Positions 20,386 to 29,674 of a stretch of DNA of 64,000 nucleotides are shown here, piece by piece (position 1 is the stretch's first letter; each line of letters begins with the position of its first letter). The notes beneath the pieces were generated by a model. The model ran no database searches and was not told the DNA's origin. It saw only the letters and a list, made by a program, of their open reading frames with translations. A program made the translations under genes and the position numbers. The DNA lies in the NCBI RefSeq assembly GCF_009909105.1, contig NZ_JAAAPK010000002.1, positions 413,827 to 477,826 on the forward strand, in the 5' to 3' direction. Source of the DNA: Corallococcus exiguus. GTDB taxonomy: Bacteria; Myxococcota; Myxococcia; Myxococcales; Myxococcaceae.

Positions 20386-21276
20386 GTGCAGGAAGTCCTG
20401 ACATTTCTGCTGATGGGCGGCTCGGCACTGCTGACCGCGGGCGCGGTGGCGTTCCTGGGCATCGGCCTGTACTCCAACCTCCTGGAGCGCTTCCTCACGG
20501 AAGTCCGCGACGAGTCCGCGGGCGGCATGAAGGGCGCGGGCTCCGTCGCCGTCCGCAAGCTGGGCTCGATGAACCGGCGCTTCATGTGGCCGGGCTACGA
20601 GTCCAAGACGCGCCGCAAGCTGATCAAGGCGGGCGAGCCGTCGCAGTACAAGCCCGAGGACATCATGGCGCTGCAGGAGATCAGCGCCTTCTTCGCGCTC
20701 CTGGCCGGCCTGTTCGTCGTCAACGGCATGGGCATGAACCTGGCCTGGTCGCTGCTGGTGATGCTGCTGGGCCTGTTCTATCCGCTCATCTGGTTGAACG
20801 ATCAGGTGAAGCGCCGTCACCTGGCCATCAGCCGCGCGCTTCCGTACAACCTGGACCTGCTGACGCTGTCGGTGGAAGCGGGCATGGACTTCACGGGCGC
20901 GCTGGCGAAGGTGGTGGAGAAGGGCCGCCAGGGTCCGCTGCGCGAAGAGCTGCAGCTGGTGCTCAAGCAGCTCAAGATGGGCAAGACGCGTGAAGAGGGG
21001 CTCAAGAGCATGATCGTGCGCGTGGACCTGCCGTCGCTGACGACGTTCGTCACGGCGCTGATCCAGGCGGACAAGATGGGTACGAGCCTGGGCAAGGTGC
21101 TGCGCATCCAGTCCACGCAGATGCGCATCGACCGCACGCAGCGCGCCGAGAAGCTGGCGGGCGAGGCGCCGGTGAAGATGCTCTTCCCGCTCATCGCCTG
21201 CATCTTCCCGACGGTGTTCATGGTGCTCTTCGGGCCCATCGTGTTCCAGTTCATGTTCGGCAACGTCGGGGGCTAG
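20386..21276 (+). CDS. tadC: Tad/Flp pilus inner-membrane platform protein TadC (T2SS-F domain)
   Basis: Second GspF-like paralogue, LTLSVEAGMDFTGALAKV... Confidence 0.8.
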   Translation: MQEVLTFLLMGGSALLTAGAVAFLGIGLYSNLLERFLTEVRDESAGGMKGAGSVAVRKLGSMNRRFMWPGYESKTRRKLIKAGEPSQYKPEDIMALQEISAFFALLAGLFVVNGMGMNLAWSLLVMLLGLFYPLIWLNDQVKRRHLAISRALPYNLDLLTLSVEAGMDFTGALAKVVEKGRQGPLREELQLVLKQLKMGKTREEGLKSMIVRVDLPSLTTFVTALIQADKMGTSLGKVLRIQSTQMRIDRTQRAEKLAGEAPVKMLFPLIACIFPTVFMVLFGPIVFQFMFGNVGG

Positions 21277-21349
21277 TCCTCTGCCCATCCTGCTCACCAT
21301 CACCCAGGGGCTCCAGGTCGGACGGGAGCTCGCCTTCGAGCAGGCCGAA

Positions 21350-24300
21350 GTGAAGATCGGCCGGACCTCGGAGAACGACCTGGTGCTGCATGACCACGGT
21401 GTCTCCCGGCGTCATGCCCGCATCACGGCGAAGGATGGGCGCTACTTCGCCGCGGACGTTGGCAGCGCGAACGGCACGCAGCTGAACGGCCAGCCCCTGG
21501 CCGGTGAGAAGCAGCTGCGCGACGGCGACCGCATCACCGTGGGCCCGGTGGAGTTCACCTTCGTGTGGATGCCGCCGGAGGATGACGACGACGTCACCCG
21601 GCCCATCCGGCGGATGCTCGCGCCGCCCCACGCGAACGTGTCGCCGCAGGGCATGGGGCAGGCCTCGCTCGCGGAAATCGAAGCGGCGCCCACGAGCTAC
21701 CAGCAGTCGATGCCGGCCATGGCCCGGCCTGCATCCCCGCCGCGCCCGGGAATGGCGGTGCCCGTGGTGAAGGGTGGGGCCACCCCTGCGATGCCGGTGC
21801 CGGCCGCCACACCGAAGCGGCCCTCCGCTCCGGATCTGCCGGCGGTCAGTGCCCCCGCGCCGGTCCGGCCTCCACCGGGGCCTGTGCTCAGCGCTTCCGT
21901 GCCGGGTGCGGCGACTCCTCCCAAGCCTCCCGCCGGGCCTCCTGTGCTGGGAGCTTCCTCGCCGGCATCCGCTGCGCCTGTCCGGGCTGCATCGGGAGCT
22001 CCCGTCCTGGGGGCTTCCGCGCCGGCATCCGCTGCGCCGGCCCGGCCTGCACCGGGAGTTCCCGTGCTGGGGGCTTCCTCGCCGGGTGTGGCGACTCCGC
22101 CCAGGCCTCCTTCGGGCCCGCCTGTGCTGGGTGCCTCCGCGTCGGCTGCTTCGGGCAAGGTTCCCGCCGCGCCTCCTGTGTTGGGTCCTTCGGCGCCGGG
22201 AGCGACCGCGCCCGCCAGGACTCCGTCAGGGCCCCCGGTGTTGGGGCCTGCCGCTTCGGGCGCGGGTGCGCCGGCCAAAACTCCCGCTGGCCCCCCGGCG
22301 CTGAGCGCTCCGGCCGCGAACAAGGCTCCGGGACCTTCCGCCTCCGTCCGAGCCTCCGGGCCGGGACTGTCAGCGGTCGGTGCCTCGGGACCGGGCCGGT
22401 CATCCGCGCTGGAGGCTGCCCCGGCCCCCTCGCCCCCCACCGCGAGCGAACTTCCCGCGGCTGGAACTCCTGTCTCGACGGCGACCTCCGCGCCGGGGAG
22501 GGTCGCCGCTTCAGCTCCTGTCGAGCCCGCGGCTCCCGCCAAGCGGAACGGCGTCGCGAACCTTCCTGGTGTCGGTGCGCCCGCGCTGAACCGTCCCTCG
22601 CTGGGGCTTGGCGCCGCGCGCGCGTCCGCTGCTCCGGTGTCCCGGGACGCCGCGGCTTCCGCGCCCGGCCTGCCGTTGATGTCGCCGCCGGGGCTCATGG
22701 CTCCGCCGCCTCCGGCTCGGCCTTCCGTCGTACCGCCTCCCGTGGACCTGGCCCCCGTGGTGCCGGATGAACCCGAGGAGCGCACGCTGATGGCGATTCC
22801 CACGGCGGACGCACCCTCCGTGGCGCTGCCTCCCGTGCTGCCGCTCCCGGAGCTGGACGAGCCCGAGGAGCGCACGCTGATGGCGATCTCCACGGTGGAC
22901 TCGCTCGTGCCCGCTGCGGTGCCGTCCCCCGTGCTGTCGCTCCCGGAGCTGGACGAGCCCGAGGAGCGAACGTTGATGGCGATTCCGGCGACCCTGGAAG
23001 CGCCGCCCGTAGAAGCCGCGGCGCCGCCACAGGAGGCCTCGCCCGCGCTGCCTCCGCCGATGATGGAGGAGCCCGAGGAGCGGACCGTTCTCGACCTCCG
23101 GCCCATCACTCCGGTCAGTCCGCTCGTGGCCCCTCCGGTGCGCGTCGCGAGCGCTCCCGTCCCCGCGCCCGACTCCAGCGAGCCCTCGACCTTCGTCGGC
23201 CAGGACGATGACCTCTTCGCGACCCCCGAGGAGACCCGGGCTTCGGGGACCTTCACGGGCCAGCTCGCGCCTGGCCCCGTGGCGCCTCCTCCGGCCTGGA
23301 GCCCTCCCGTCCCGCCGCCTTCGCCGGAGCCGGTGACGTTCGTCGGCCGGGACCGGGCCGCGCCTGCCCCGACCCTGGACCCCGGCCCGCTGCCGGGCGA
23401 GTTCCCACTGGCCCCCGTGCCCTCCTCGGACGTGGAGGGGGACGCCACCCAGCCCGTGCCGGCCGACCTGGAGGACTCCTTCGTCCAGCCCGTGTCCAAC
23501 GGCCCGGTGACGGTCGTCGCGAAGGTCGAGCCCTCGTCCGCCGCCGACAAGGCCCGTCAACGGCGTCAGCTGGGCAAGTCACTCCAGGGCCGGTTCATCC
23601 TCTTCTGGAAGCGCCAGTCGCTGCCCAAGCGGATCGCCTTCGCGTCGCTGGCGGGCGTGGCCGTGCTGTGCGTGGTGACGCTGCTCGTGGCGCTCGCGGT
23701 CCCCACGGCCATCCGGCTCCCGGGCAGCGAACCCTTCAAGCTGGGCATGGAGCCGGTGACGGACTCCTTCGGCCTGGGCGACGGCGTGCGCTGGGTCCAC
23801 GCGGACGACAAGCTCTTCGACTTCCGCTTCGTGTCCCCCACGCGCGCCGTGGCGGTGCTGCACTACCAGGCCAGCAGCATCGCCCGGGACGAGGTCAACC
23901 TGTCCCTCAACGGCGTGTCCCTGGGCTGGGTGCCCCCGGACACTGCGCAGACGGCCGAGCGTGAGCTGGAGCAGATCCTCCCGCCCAGCCTCCTGCGGCG
24001 CAACGCCAACAACCAGCTCCTCTTCGACAACGCCCTCAACCCGCCCGGCCGCGACCCGTGGCGCATCTGGAACCTGCGGCTGGAGATCATCCCGGTGCCG
24101 GAGGCGCCGCCGGATCAGCTGGTCGCCTCCGCCCGGGAGGCCGCGACGGCGGGGGCCCGCTTCTACGAGCTCAAGGATGTGGGCGCGGAGAACCTGTTCA
24201 AGGCGTGGCGGGAATACCGCGCCGCGTGGATCACCCTGGAAGCGCTGGACGACAAGCCGGAGCTCTACGAGGACGTCCGGGAGCGGATCGCCCAGATTTC

Positions 24301-24475
24301 AATGGAGCTGGACCACCGCTGCAGCCAGCTGATGATGCAGTTCCAGCGGGCGGTTCAGTTCCGCAGCCGACGGGATGCGGTCGCGACCCTGGAAGACGTA
24401 CGGAGACGCTTCCCTACGGCCGAGCATCGCTGCCACAATCTCGCGCTGGAAAAAGCCTATGAGCACGAGCTTTAG
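21350..24475 (+). CDS. FHA-domain protein, about 1040 aa, with long Pro/Ala-rich tandem repeats, one TM segment and a C-terminal globular domain. The real N-terminus probably lies about 23 codons upstream, at CTG 21281.
   Basis: FHA signature GRTSENDLVLHDHGVSRRHARI...GSANGTQLNG. The in-frame upstream PILLTITQGLQVGRELAFEQAEV is the first beta-strand of an FHA domain but has no ATG, GTG or TTG. TM helix at IAFASLAGVAVLCVVTLLVALAV. Confidence 0.75.
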   Translation: MKIGRTSENDLVLHDHGVSRRHARITAKDGRYFAADVGSANGTQLNGQPLAGEKQLRDGDRITVGPVEFTFVWMPPEDDDDVTRPIRRMLAPPHANVSPQGMGQASLAEIEAAPTSYQQSMPAMARPASPPRPGMAVPVVKGGATPAMPVPAATPKRPSAPDLPAVSAPAPVRPPPGPVLSASVPGAATPPKPPAGPPVLGASSPASAAPVRAASGAPVLGASAPASAAPARPAPGVPVLGASSPGVATPPRPPSGPPVLGASASAASGKVPAAPPVLGPSAPGATAPARTPSGPPVLGPAASGAGAPAKTPAGPPALSAPAANKAPGPSASVRASGPGLSAVGASGPGRSSALEAAPAPSPPTASELPAAGTPVSTATSAPGRVAASAPVEPAAPAKRNGVANLPGVGAPALNRPSLGLGAARASAAPVSRDAAASAPGLPLMSPPGLMAPPPPARPSVVPPPVDLAPVVPDEPEERTLMAIPTADAPSVALPPVLPLPELDEPEERTLMAISTVDSLVPAAVPSPVLSLPELDEPEERTLMAIPATLEAPPVEAAAPPQEASPALPPPMMEEPEERTVLDLRPITPVSPLVAPPVRVASAPVPAPDSSEPSTFVGQDDDLFATPEETRASGTFTGQLAPGPVAPPPAWSPPVPPPSPEPVTFVGRDRAAPAPTLDPGPLPGEFPLAPVPSSDVEGDATQPVPADLEDSFVQPVSNGPVTVVAKVEPSSAADKARQRRQLGKSLQGRFILFWKRQSLPKRIAFASLAGVAVLCVVTLLVALAVPTAIRLPGSEPFKLGMEPVTDSFGLGDGVRWVHADDKLFDFRFVSPTRAVAVLHYQASSIARDEVNLSLNGVSLGWVPPDTAQTAERELEQILPPSLLRRNANNQLLFDNALNPPGRDPWRIWNLRLEIIPVPEAPPDQLVASAREAATAGARFYELKDVGAENLFKAWREYRAAWITLEALDDKPELYEDVRERIAQISMELDHRCSQLMMQFQRAVQFRSRRDAVATLEDVRRRFPTAEHRCHNLALEKAYEHEL
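21895..22310 (+). repeat. Tandem array of about 60-nt repeats, roughly 7-8 copies, encoding xxPPVLGASxPASAAPxRxxSG
   Basis: The near-identical repeat unit is visible directly in the DNA and in the protein. Confidence 0.6.
22766..23095 (+). repeat. Four dispersed-tandem copies of a motif encoding (L)DEPEERTLMAI(P) separated by spacers of about 70 nt
   Basis: gacgagcccgaggagcgcacgctgatggcgat recurs four times with minor variants. Confidence 0.55.
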
Positions 24476-24502
24476 GGCCCGTGCCCCCCTCAGCAGGACG
24501 CG

Positions 24503-26251
24503 GTGACCGCCATGTCGAACGCACCTCCCCCCGCCCGCCGACGGCCTACGTCCGGTACGCCCTCCTCCGGGAGCGGTTCGCGCGCGCCGGTCCGCCGGTC
24601 GACCTCCGGTGCCGCCGCGGCCCGCCCCGCGAAGCTCGTCGTCGTCGCCGGCCCCATGGAGGGTGAGGAGTTCGCGCTCTCCGAGCTCGAGTACACGGTC
24701 GGCCGCTCCGCCGACAACCCCATCTGCATCCAGGACACGTCCGTCTCCCGCAAGCACGTGACGCTGCGCAAGGAGTCCTCGGGCTGGATGGTCAGTGACA
24801 TGGGCTCCGGCAACGGAACCATCCTCAACGGCGAGCCCATCGCCGAGGAGACGCTCCTCGCCAACGGCGATGTCATCACGCTGGGCGACTCGGAGCTGCG
24901 CTACGAGGACACCGCCAACAGCACCGCGAAGGTGCAGGCCCCCACCGGCTCCCGGCCCCGTCCGTCCACGGCGGCGGGCCGCGGTCCCACGGCCGTGCCC
25001 ACGCGTCCCGCCCGGGAGGGCCGCGCGCGCCCGCAGACGTCGCGCGCCGCCGCCGCCGCGGAGCTCACGCCGGAAGCGCAGCGCAAGCGCATGCGGATGA
25101 AGCTCGCGGGCGTCGCCGTGCTGGTGCTGCTCTTCGCGGGCCTGGGTGTCGCGCGCTCGCGCATGCGGCAACAGGCGGAGGAGCAGGGCCGCATCGAGGC
25201 GGAGCAGCGCGAATACCGCGCGCAGCTGGGCGGCCTCTTCCAGGAGGCCAAGAACCTGGTGCGCGAGGGCCAGTGGGAGCAGGCCAAGGCGAAGCTGGAG
25301 GAGCTCCACACGCGGGCGTCGGACTATCCCGGCGTCGAGGACTACCTGAAGGCCGCGGAGCGGGAGATTCCCAACCAGAAGCACCTGGGCACGGCCCAGG
25401 CGGCGCTGGACAAGGGCGAGCTGGCCAGCGCGAAGGCGTCCATCGAGAAGGTGACCAGCGACACCCAGCAGTACGAGCAGCTGAAGACGGCACGCAAGAA
25501 CCTGACGGACGCGGCCGACAAGCGCACGAAGGAGGCCAAGGGGCTCCTGGACACCCGCGCGCTGGAGAACGTGCAGAAGGCCAAGGCCATCACCGACGAC
25601 GTGCTCGCGACCTTCCCCGAGCACCGCGACGGCAAGCTGGTCAATGACGACGCCGTGCGCGTCATCGCGGACCTGACGCGTCCGGACCCCGTGCGCGTGG
25701 CCGCGACGCCCAAGCCGTGGGAGCCCGCGGTGGACCGCTTCCGCGACGCGGACATCACCGGGGCGGTGGCCATCCTCAACGCGTGCTCGGCCAAGACGTC
25801 CCAGTGCAAGCAGCTGATGGCGCAGATGACGGAGTTCGGCAACCTCTACAAGAAGCTGGAGGACCTGGACGCCAAGGGCCTCACCCGCCTGCTCGCGCTG
25901 GACAAGGAAATCACCGAAGGGCGCACGAGCAAGATGGCGCGCAACGCGGGCACCCGCGCGGGCAACATCTATTACAAGAGCGCCGCGGGCGCGAAGGCCG
26001 CCGGCCAGTGGTCGCGCGCCATGGAGTTCGCTCGCCGTGCCCTCCAGGCGGACCCCAGCCACACGGGCGCCGCCAACATCGTCAACGACCTCAAGGGCAA
26101 GGCGAAGGACCTGTACATGCAGGCCTACTCCATCAAGGACTCCAGCCCGGAGGACGCGCTGCCCAAGTTCCGCGACGTCGTCGCGATGACGCCGCCCGAC
26201 GACGAGCTGCACGGCAAGGCCCAGGGCTGGGTCGAGAAGCTGTCGCGATGA
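24503..26251 (+). CDS. FHA-domain protein with a TM helix and a C-terminal alpha-helical, TPR-like domain
   Basis: GTG start. FHA signature YTVGRSADNPICIQDTSVSRKHVTLRK...GSGNGTILNG. TM helix at LAGVAVLVLLFAGLGVA. Confidence 0.8.
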   Translation: MTAMSNAPPPARRRPTSGTPSSGSGSRAPVRRSTSGAAAARPAKLVVVAGPMEGEEFALSELEYTVGRSADNPICIQDTSVSRKHVTLRKESSGWMVSDMGSGNGTILNGEPIAEETLLANGDVITLGDSELRYEDTANSTAKVQAPTGSRPRPSTAAGRGPTAVPTRPAREGRARPQTSRAAAAAELTPEAQRKRMRMKLAGVAVLVLLFAGLGVARSRMRQQAEEQGRIEAEQREYRAQLGGLFQEAKNLVREGQWEQAKAKLEELHTRASDYPGVEDYLKAAEREIPNQKHLGTAQAALDKGELASAKASIEKVTSDTQQYEQLKTARKNLTDAADKRTKEAKGLLDTRALENVQKAKAITDDVLATFPEHRDGKLVNDDAVRVIADLTRPDPVRVAATPKPWEPAVDRFRDADITGAVAILNACSAKTSQCKQLMAQMTEFGNLYKKLEDLDAKGLTRLLALDKEITEGRTSKMARNAGTRAGNIYYKSAAGAKAAGQWSRAMEFARRALQADPSHTGAANIVNDLKGKAKDLYMQAYSIKDSSPEDALPKFRDVVAMTPPDDELHGKAQGWVEKLSR

Positions 26252-27978
26252 AGAAGCGCAAGGGGCTGGAGCCGCCCCCGGCCGAAGAGCCGGGGCAGGG
26301 CGACCTGTTCGGCACGTCGCTGCTACCCCCCTTGCGTCCCGCGCCCGCGAAGGCCGCCAGCGGAGGCAAGACGCCTCCGGCCCCCCCGGCTCCCCTGGCT
26401 CATTCGACCGCGCCGGTGGCCGAAATCGCCGCGACGCCCCCTGCCGCCGTCACCCCGCCGCCGCGCCCGGAGCGCACGGTGTTGTCGGTGGGCGAGCTCA
26501 CCCGGCAGATCAAGCAGACGGTGGAGACGCGCTTCCCGCGCGTGATGGTGCGCGGTGAGGTGTCCAGCTTCCGGGGCGCCAACGCGCGCGGCCACTGGTA
26601 CTTCACGCTCAAGGACGCGGACGCCTCCATCGACGCGAAGGTGTGGGCGTCCATGGCGGGGCGGATCCGCTTCGCGTTGCGCGACGGCATGGAGGTGGTG
26701 GCCGAGGGCAGCGTGGACCTGTACGAGCCGCAGGGCCGCTACAGCCTCATCGTGTCCCGGCTGGAGCCGGTGGGCGAGGGCGCGCTGGCGCTCGCGTTCG
26801 AGCAGCTCAAGCAGCGGCTGGCGGCGGAGGGGCTCATCGGCGACCGGCGCGTGAGGCCGCCCCGGCCCGTGCCGTTTCTGCCCCGGCGCATCGGCGTCGT
26901 CACCAGCCGCACCGGCGCGGCGCTCCAGGACTTCCTGCGCGTGCTGCACTCGCGCAACCCCCGGCTGGGCGTGCTGCTGGCGGACGCGCGCGTGCAGGGC
27001 GAGGGCGCCGCGGAGGACGTGGCGCGGGCCATCGAGCGGCTTTCGCGCACCGACGTGGACGTCATCGTCGTGACGCGCGGCGGAGGCTCCGTGGAGGACC
27101 TCTGGACGTTCAACGAGGAGCGGGTGGCGCGCGCCATCTTCGCCTCGCCGGTGCCGGTGGTGTCCGCCATCGGCCACGAAATCGACTTCACCATTTCGGA
27201 CTTCGTCGCGGACCTGCGCGCGCCCACGCCCAGCGCGGCGGCGGAGCGGCTGGCGCCGGTGCTCGCGGACCTGGAGCTGACGCTGGCCACGCAGTCCGGC
27301 CGCCTGCGCCGGGCCATGGAGCGCCGGGTGCTGGAACTGCGTCAGAGCCAGGGCCAGCTTCGCGCGCGGCTGCCGGATCCTCGCCGCGAGGTGAACCATC
27401 AGCGCCTGCACCTGTCCGAACAGGTGGAGGCGATGATGCGCGTGCTGCGCCCTCGCGCGCGCGCGCACCGGGAGACCTTGCGCGCCCTGCAGGAGCGGCT
27501 GCAGCGGGCGCGGCCCCAGACGCGGCTGTCGGAACAGCGGGCCCACCTGCTCAAGCTGGCCATGCGCCTGTCGGAGGCGGCACGCGCGGGCGTCACCCGC
27601 CGGCGGGGCGCGCTGGCGGACGCGCGGCTGGGGCTGGAGCGGCAATCCCCCACGGCGCGGGTGGCGGCCGAGCGGGCGAAGGTGGCCCAGACGCGCTCGC
27701 GGCTTCTGGAGCTGCAGCGGGGCATGCTGGCGTCCGCGCAGACGCACTTCGGACGGTTGGGGGGCCGCCTGGACGCCCTGAGCCCCCTGAAGGTGATGTC
27801 TCGCGGCTACGCGGTGACGTTCCGCCAGCGGGACGGCGTCGTGGTGCGCTCCACGGCGGACGTGGTGGTGGGGGACGTGCTGGGCATCAAGCTGGCGGCC
27901 CACGGGGCGAAAACCCTGGGCGGGTGTGAAGAAATCGAAGCCACCGTTACCAGCCTGAAAGGCCCGGTGGACTGCTAG
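26248..27978 (+). CDS. xseA: Exodeoxyribonuclease VII large subunit
   Basis: True start ATG 26248, overlapping the upstream stop in an ATGA. OB-fold N-terminus (HWYFTLKDADASIDAKVW) and catalytic core (IGVVTSRTGAALQDFL...RGGGSVEDLWTFNEE). Confidence 0.9.
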   Translation: MKKRKGLEPPPAEEPGQGDLFGTSLLPPLRPAPAKAASGGKTPPAPPAPLAHSTAPVAEIAATPPAAVTPPPRPERTVLSVGELTRQIKQTVETRFPRVMVRGEVSSFRGANARGHWYFTLKDADASIDAKVWASMAGRIRFALRDGMEVVAEGSVDLYEPQGRYSLIVSRLEPVGEGALALAFEQLKQRLAAEGLIGDRRVRPPRPVPFLPRRIGVVTSRTGAALQDFLRVLHSRNPRLGVLLADARVQGEGAAEDVARAIERLSRTDVDVIVVTRGGGSVEDLWTFNEERVARAIFASPVPVVSAIGHEIDFTISDFVADLRAPTPSAAAERLAPVLADLELTLATQSGRLRRAMERRVLELRQSQGQLRARLPDPRREVNHQRLHLSEQVEAMMRVLRPRARAHRETLRALQERLQRARPQTRLSEQRAHLLKLAMRLSEAARAGVTRRRGALADARLGLERQSPTARVAAERAKVAQTRSRLLELQRGMLASAQTHFGRLGGRLDALSPLKVMSRGYAVTFRQRDGVVVRSTADVVVGDVLGIKLAAHGAKTLGGCEEIEATVTSLKGPVDC

Positions 27979-28019
27979 CGGGCCACCCTCTACATTCCGC
28001 GCCCCGCTCGGGGAGGTGG

Positions 28020-28358
28020 ATGGCCGTGGCGAAGTCGGACAAGAACCCCAAGGTGGAGCCCGCTCCGGAGCAGTACGGAGACGTGGTGTCGCGCCTGGAA
28101 GACACGGTGGCGCGGCTGGAAAGCGGCGACCTGTCGTTGGAAGAGTCGCTCAAGGCGTTCGAGGAGGGCATCCGCCTCGTCCGCCGGGGTGAGAAGCTGC
28201 TCACGGAGGCCGAGCAGCGAATCGAACAGCTGCTGGTGGACGAGGACGGCCAGGACGTGGCGGCGCCGCTGGCGGTGGCGGCCCGGCCCGCTCCGCAGGC
28301 TGCCCCCCGGACGACCGCGCAGGCGCGTCCGCCACCGGAGGACGATGTCCCGTTCTAG
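28020..28358 (+). CDS. xseB: Exodeoxyribonuclease VII small subunit
   Basis: FEDTVARLESGDLSLEESLKAFEEGIRLVRRGEKLL, the XseB signature. Confidence 0.85.
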   Translation: MAVAKSDKNPKVEPAPEQYGDVVSRLEDTVARLESGDLSLEESLKAFEEGIRLVRRGEKLLTEAEQRIEQLLVDEDGQDVAAPLAVAARPAPQAAPRTTAQARPPPEDDVPF

Positions 28359-28385
28359 GTATCAGGGGAAGGGTGGAGGCCGGGC

Positions 28386-28775
28386 ATGTCGAAGCCGAAG
28401 ATTACGATTGTCGATGACGACCGCGACACGCGCGAGCTGCTCGCCGAGGCCCTGGGGGCCGAGGGGTTCGAGGTCATGTCCGCGGCCAATGGCCTGCGGC
28501 TCGTCGCGTCGCTGGAACTGCACCGGCCGCACGCCATCCTCCTGGACGTGAACATGTCCTGGATCAACGGCTTCGAGCTGTGTCAGGCCGTGAAGCAGAA
28601 CAAGCAGTTCCGGGACATCCCCATCATCTTCATCAGCGGGCGGGGAGACCCGGAGGACAAGCGGCGAGGCATGGAGGTCGGCGCGGCCGACTACTTCGTG
28701 AAGCCGCTGGAGCTGGACGCGCTCGTCAAGCGCATCCGCGAACTCATCCCCGCCGACGTGGCGAAGGAGCCCTGA
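28386..28775 (+). CDS. Single-domain CheY-like response regulator
   Basis: KITIVDDDRDTRELL...HAILLDVNMSWINGFEL...DYFVKP, receiver motifs. Confidence 0.85.
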   Translation: MSKPKITIVDDDRDTRELLAEALGAEGFEVMSAANGLRLVASLELHRPHAILLDVNMSWINGFELCQAVKQNKQFRDIPIIFISGRGDPEDKRRGMEVGAADYFVKPLELDALVKRIRELIPADVAKEP

Positions 28776-28780
28776 CGCCG

Positions 28781-29674
28781 ATGGCCGCTTTCAACCTGGA
28801 CCCCTTCATGCGCACGCAGCATTCGCGGGTGGAGGCGCTCCTGCTCGAACGCGCGGACCGCCTGGGTCCCGCGGGCACGCCGCCCCGGCTGGCGGAGTCC
28901 ATGCGCTACTCGCTGCTCGCGGGCGGCAAGCGCCTGCGCCCGGTGCTGTGCCTGGCCTTCGCGGACGCGGTGTCCAAGTCGAGCACCGAGGCCGCCGTGG
29001 TGGCGGACGCGGCCTGCGCGCTGGAGTACGTGCACACCTATTCGCTGGTGCACGACGACCTGCCCTCCCTGGACAACGACGACCTGCGCCGGGGCCTGCC
29101 CACGAACCACAAGGTCTACGGCGAGCCGGTGGCGCTGCTGGCCGGGGACGGGCTGTTGACGGAGGCCTTCAACGTGCTCGCCTCGGGGCCGGAGCCGGTG
29201 CGCGGCATCCTGTGCGCGGAGCTGGCGCGCGCGGCGGGCGCGAGCGGGATGGTGGGCGGGCAGGTGCTGGACATCGCGGCGGACCGGGCAGCGGCCCTGG
29301 ACTACCTCCTGCGGCTGCACCGGATGAAGACGGGCGCGCTCATCCTCGCGGCGTGCCGGATGGGCGTCCTGGCGGCCGGGGGCGACGCGGCGGCGCTCGC
29401 CAGCGCGGTGACGTACGGTGAAGCGGTGGGCCTGGCCTTCCAGATCGCCGACGACGTGCTGGACGTGACCTCCAGCGCGGAGGCCATGGGCAAGCCGGTG
29501 GGCGCGGACGCGGAGGCCGGGCGCTTCACCTTCCCGGCGGTGGTGGGCCTGGACGAGTCCCGCCGCATGGCCGACGAGCTGGTGGCCCGGGCGGAGGCGG
29601 CGGTGCGCCCGCTGGAGGGCGTGGACGGTCCGCTGGCGGCGCTGGCGCGCTACTCGGTGGAGCGGAAGTCCTGA
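28781..29674 (+). CDS. ispA: Farnesyl-diphosphate synthase (geranyltranstransferase)
   Basis: Start ATG 28781; the track start at 28580 is an extension. LVHDDLPSLDNDDLRRG (first DDxxD) and FQIADDVLD (second DDxxD). Confidence 0.85.
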   Translation: MAAFNLDPFMRTQHSRVEALLLERADRLGPAGTPPRLAESMRYSLLAGGKRLRPVLCLAFADAVSKSSTEAAVVADAACALEYVHTYSLVHDDLPSLDNDDLRRGLPTNHKVYGEPVALLAGDGLLTEAFNVLASGPEPVRGILCAELARAAGASGMVGGQVLDIAADRAAALDYLLRLHRMKTGALILAACRMGVLAAGGDAAALASAVTYGEAVGLAFQIADDVLDVTSSAEAMGKPVGADAEAGRFTFPAVVGLDESRRMADELVARAEAAVRPLEGVDGPLAALARYSVERKS

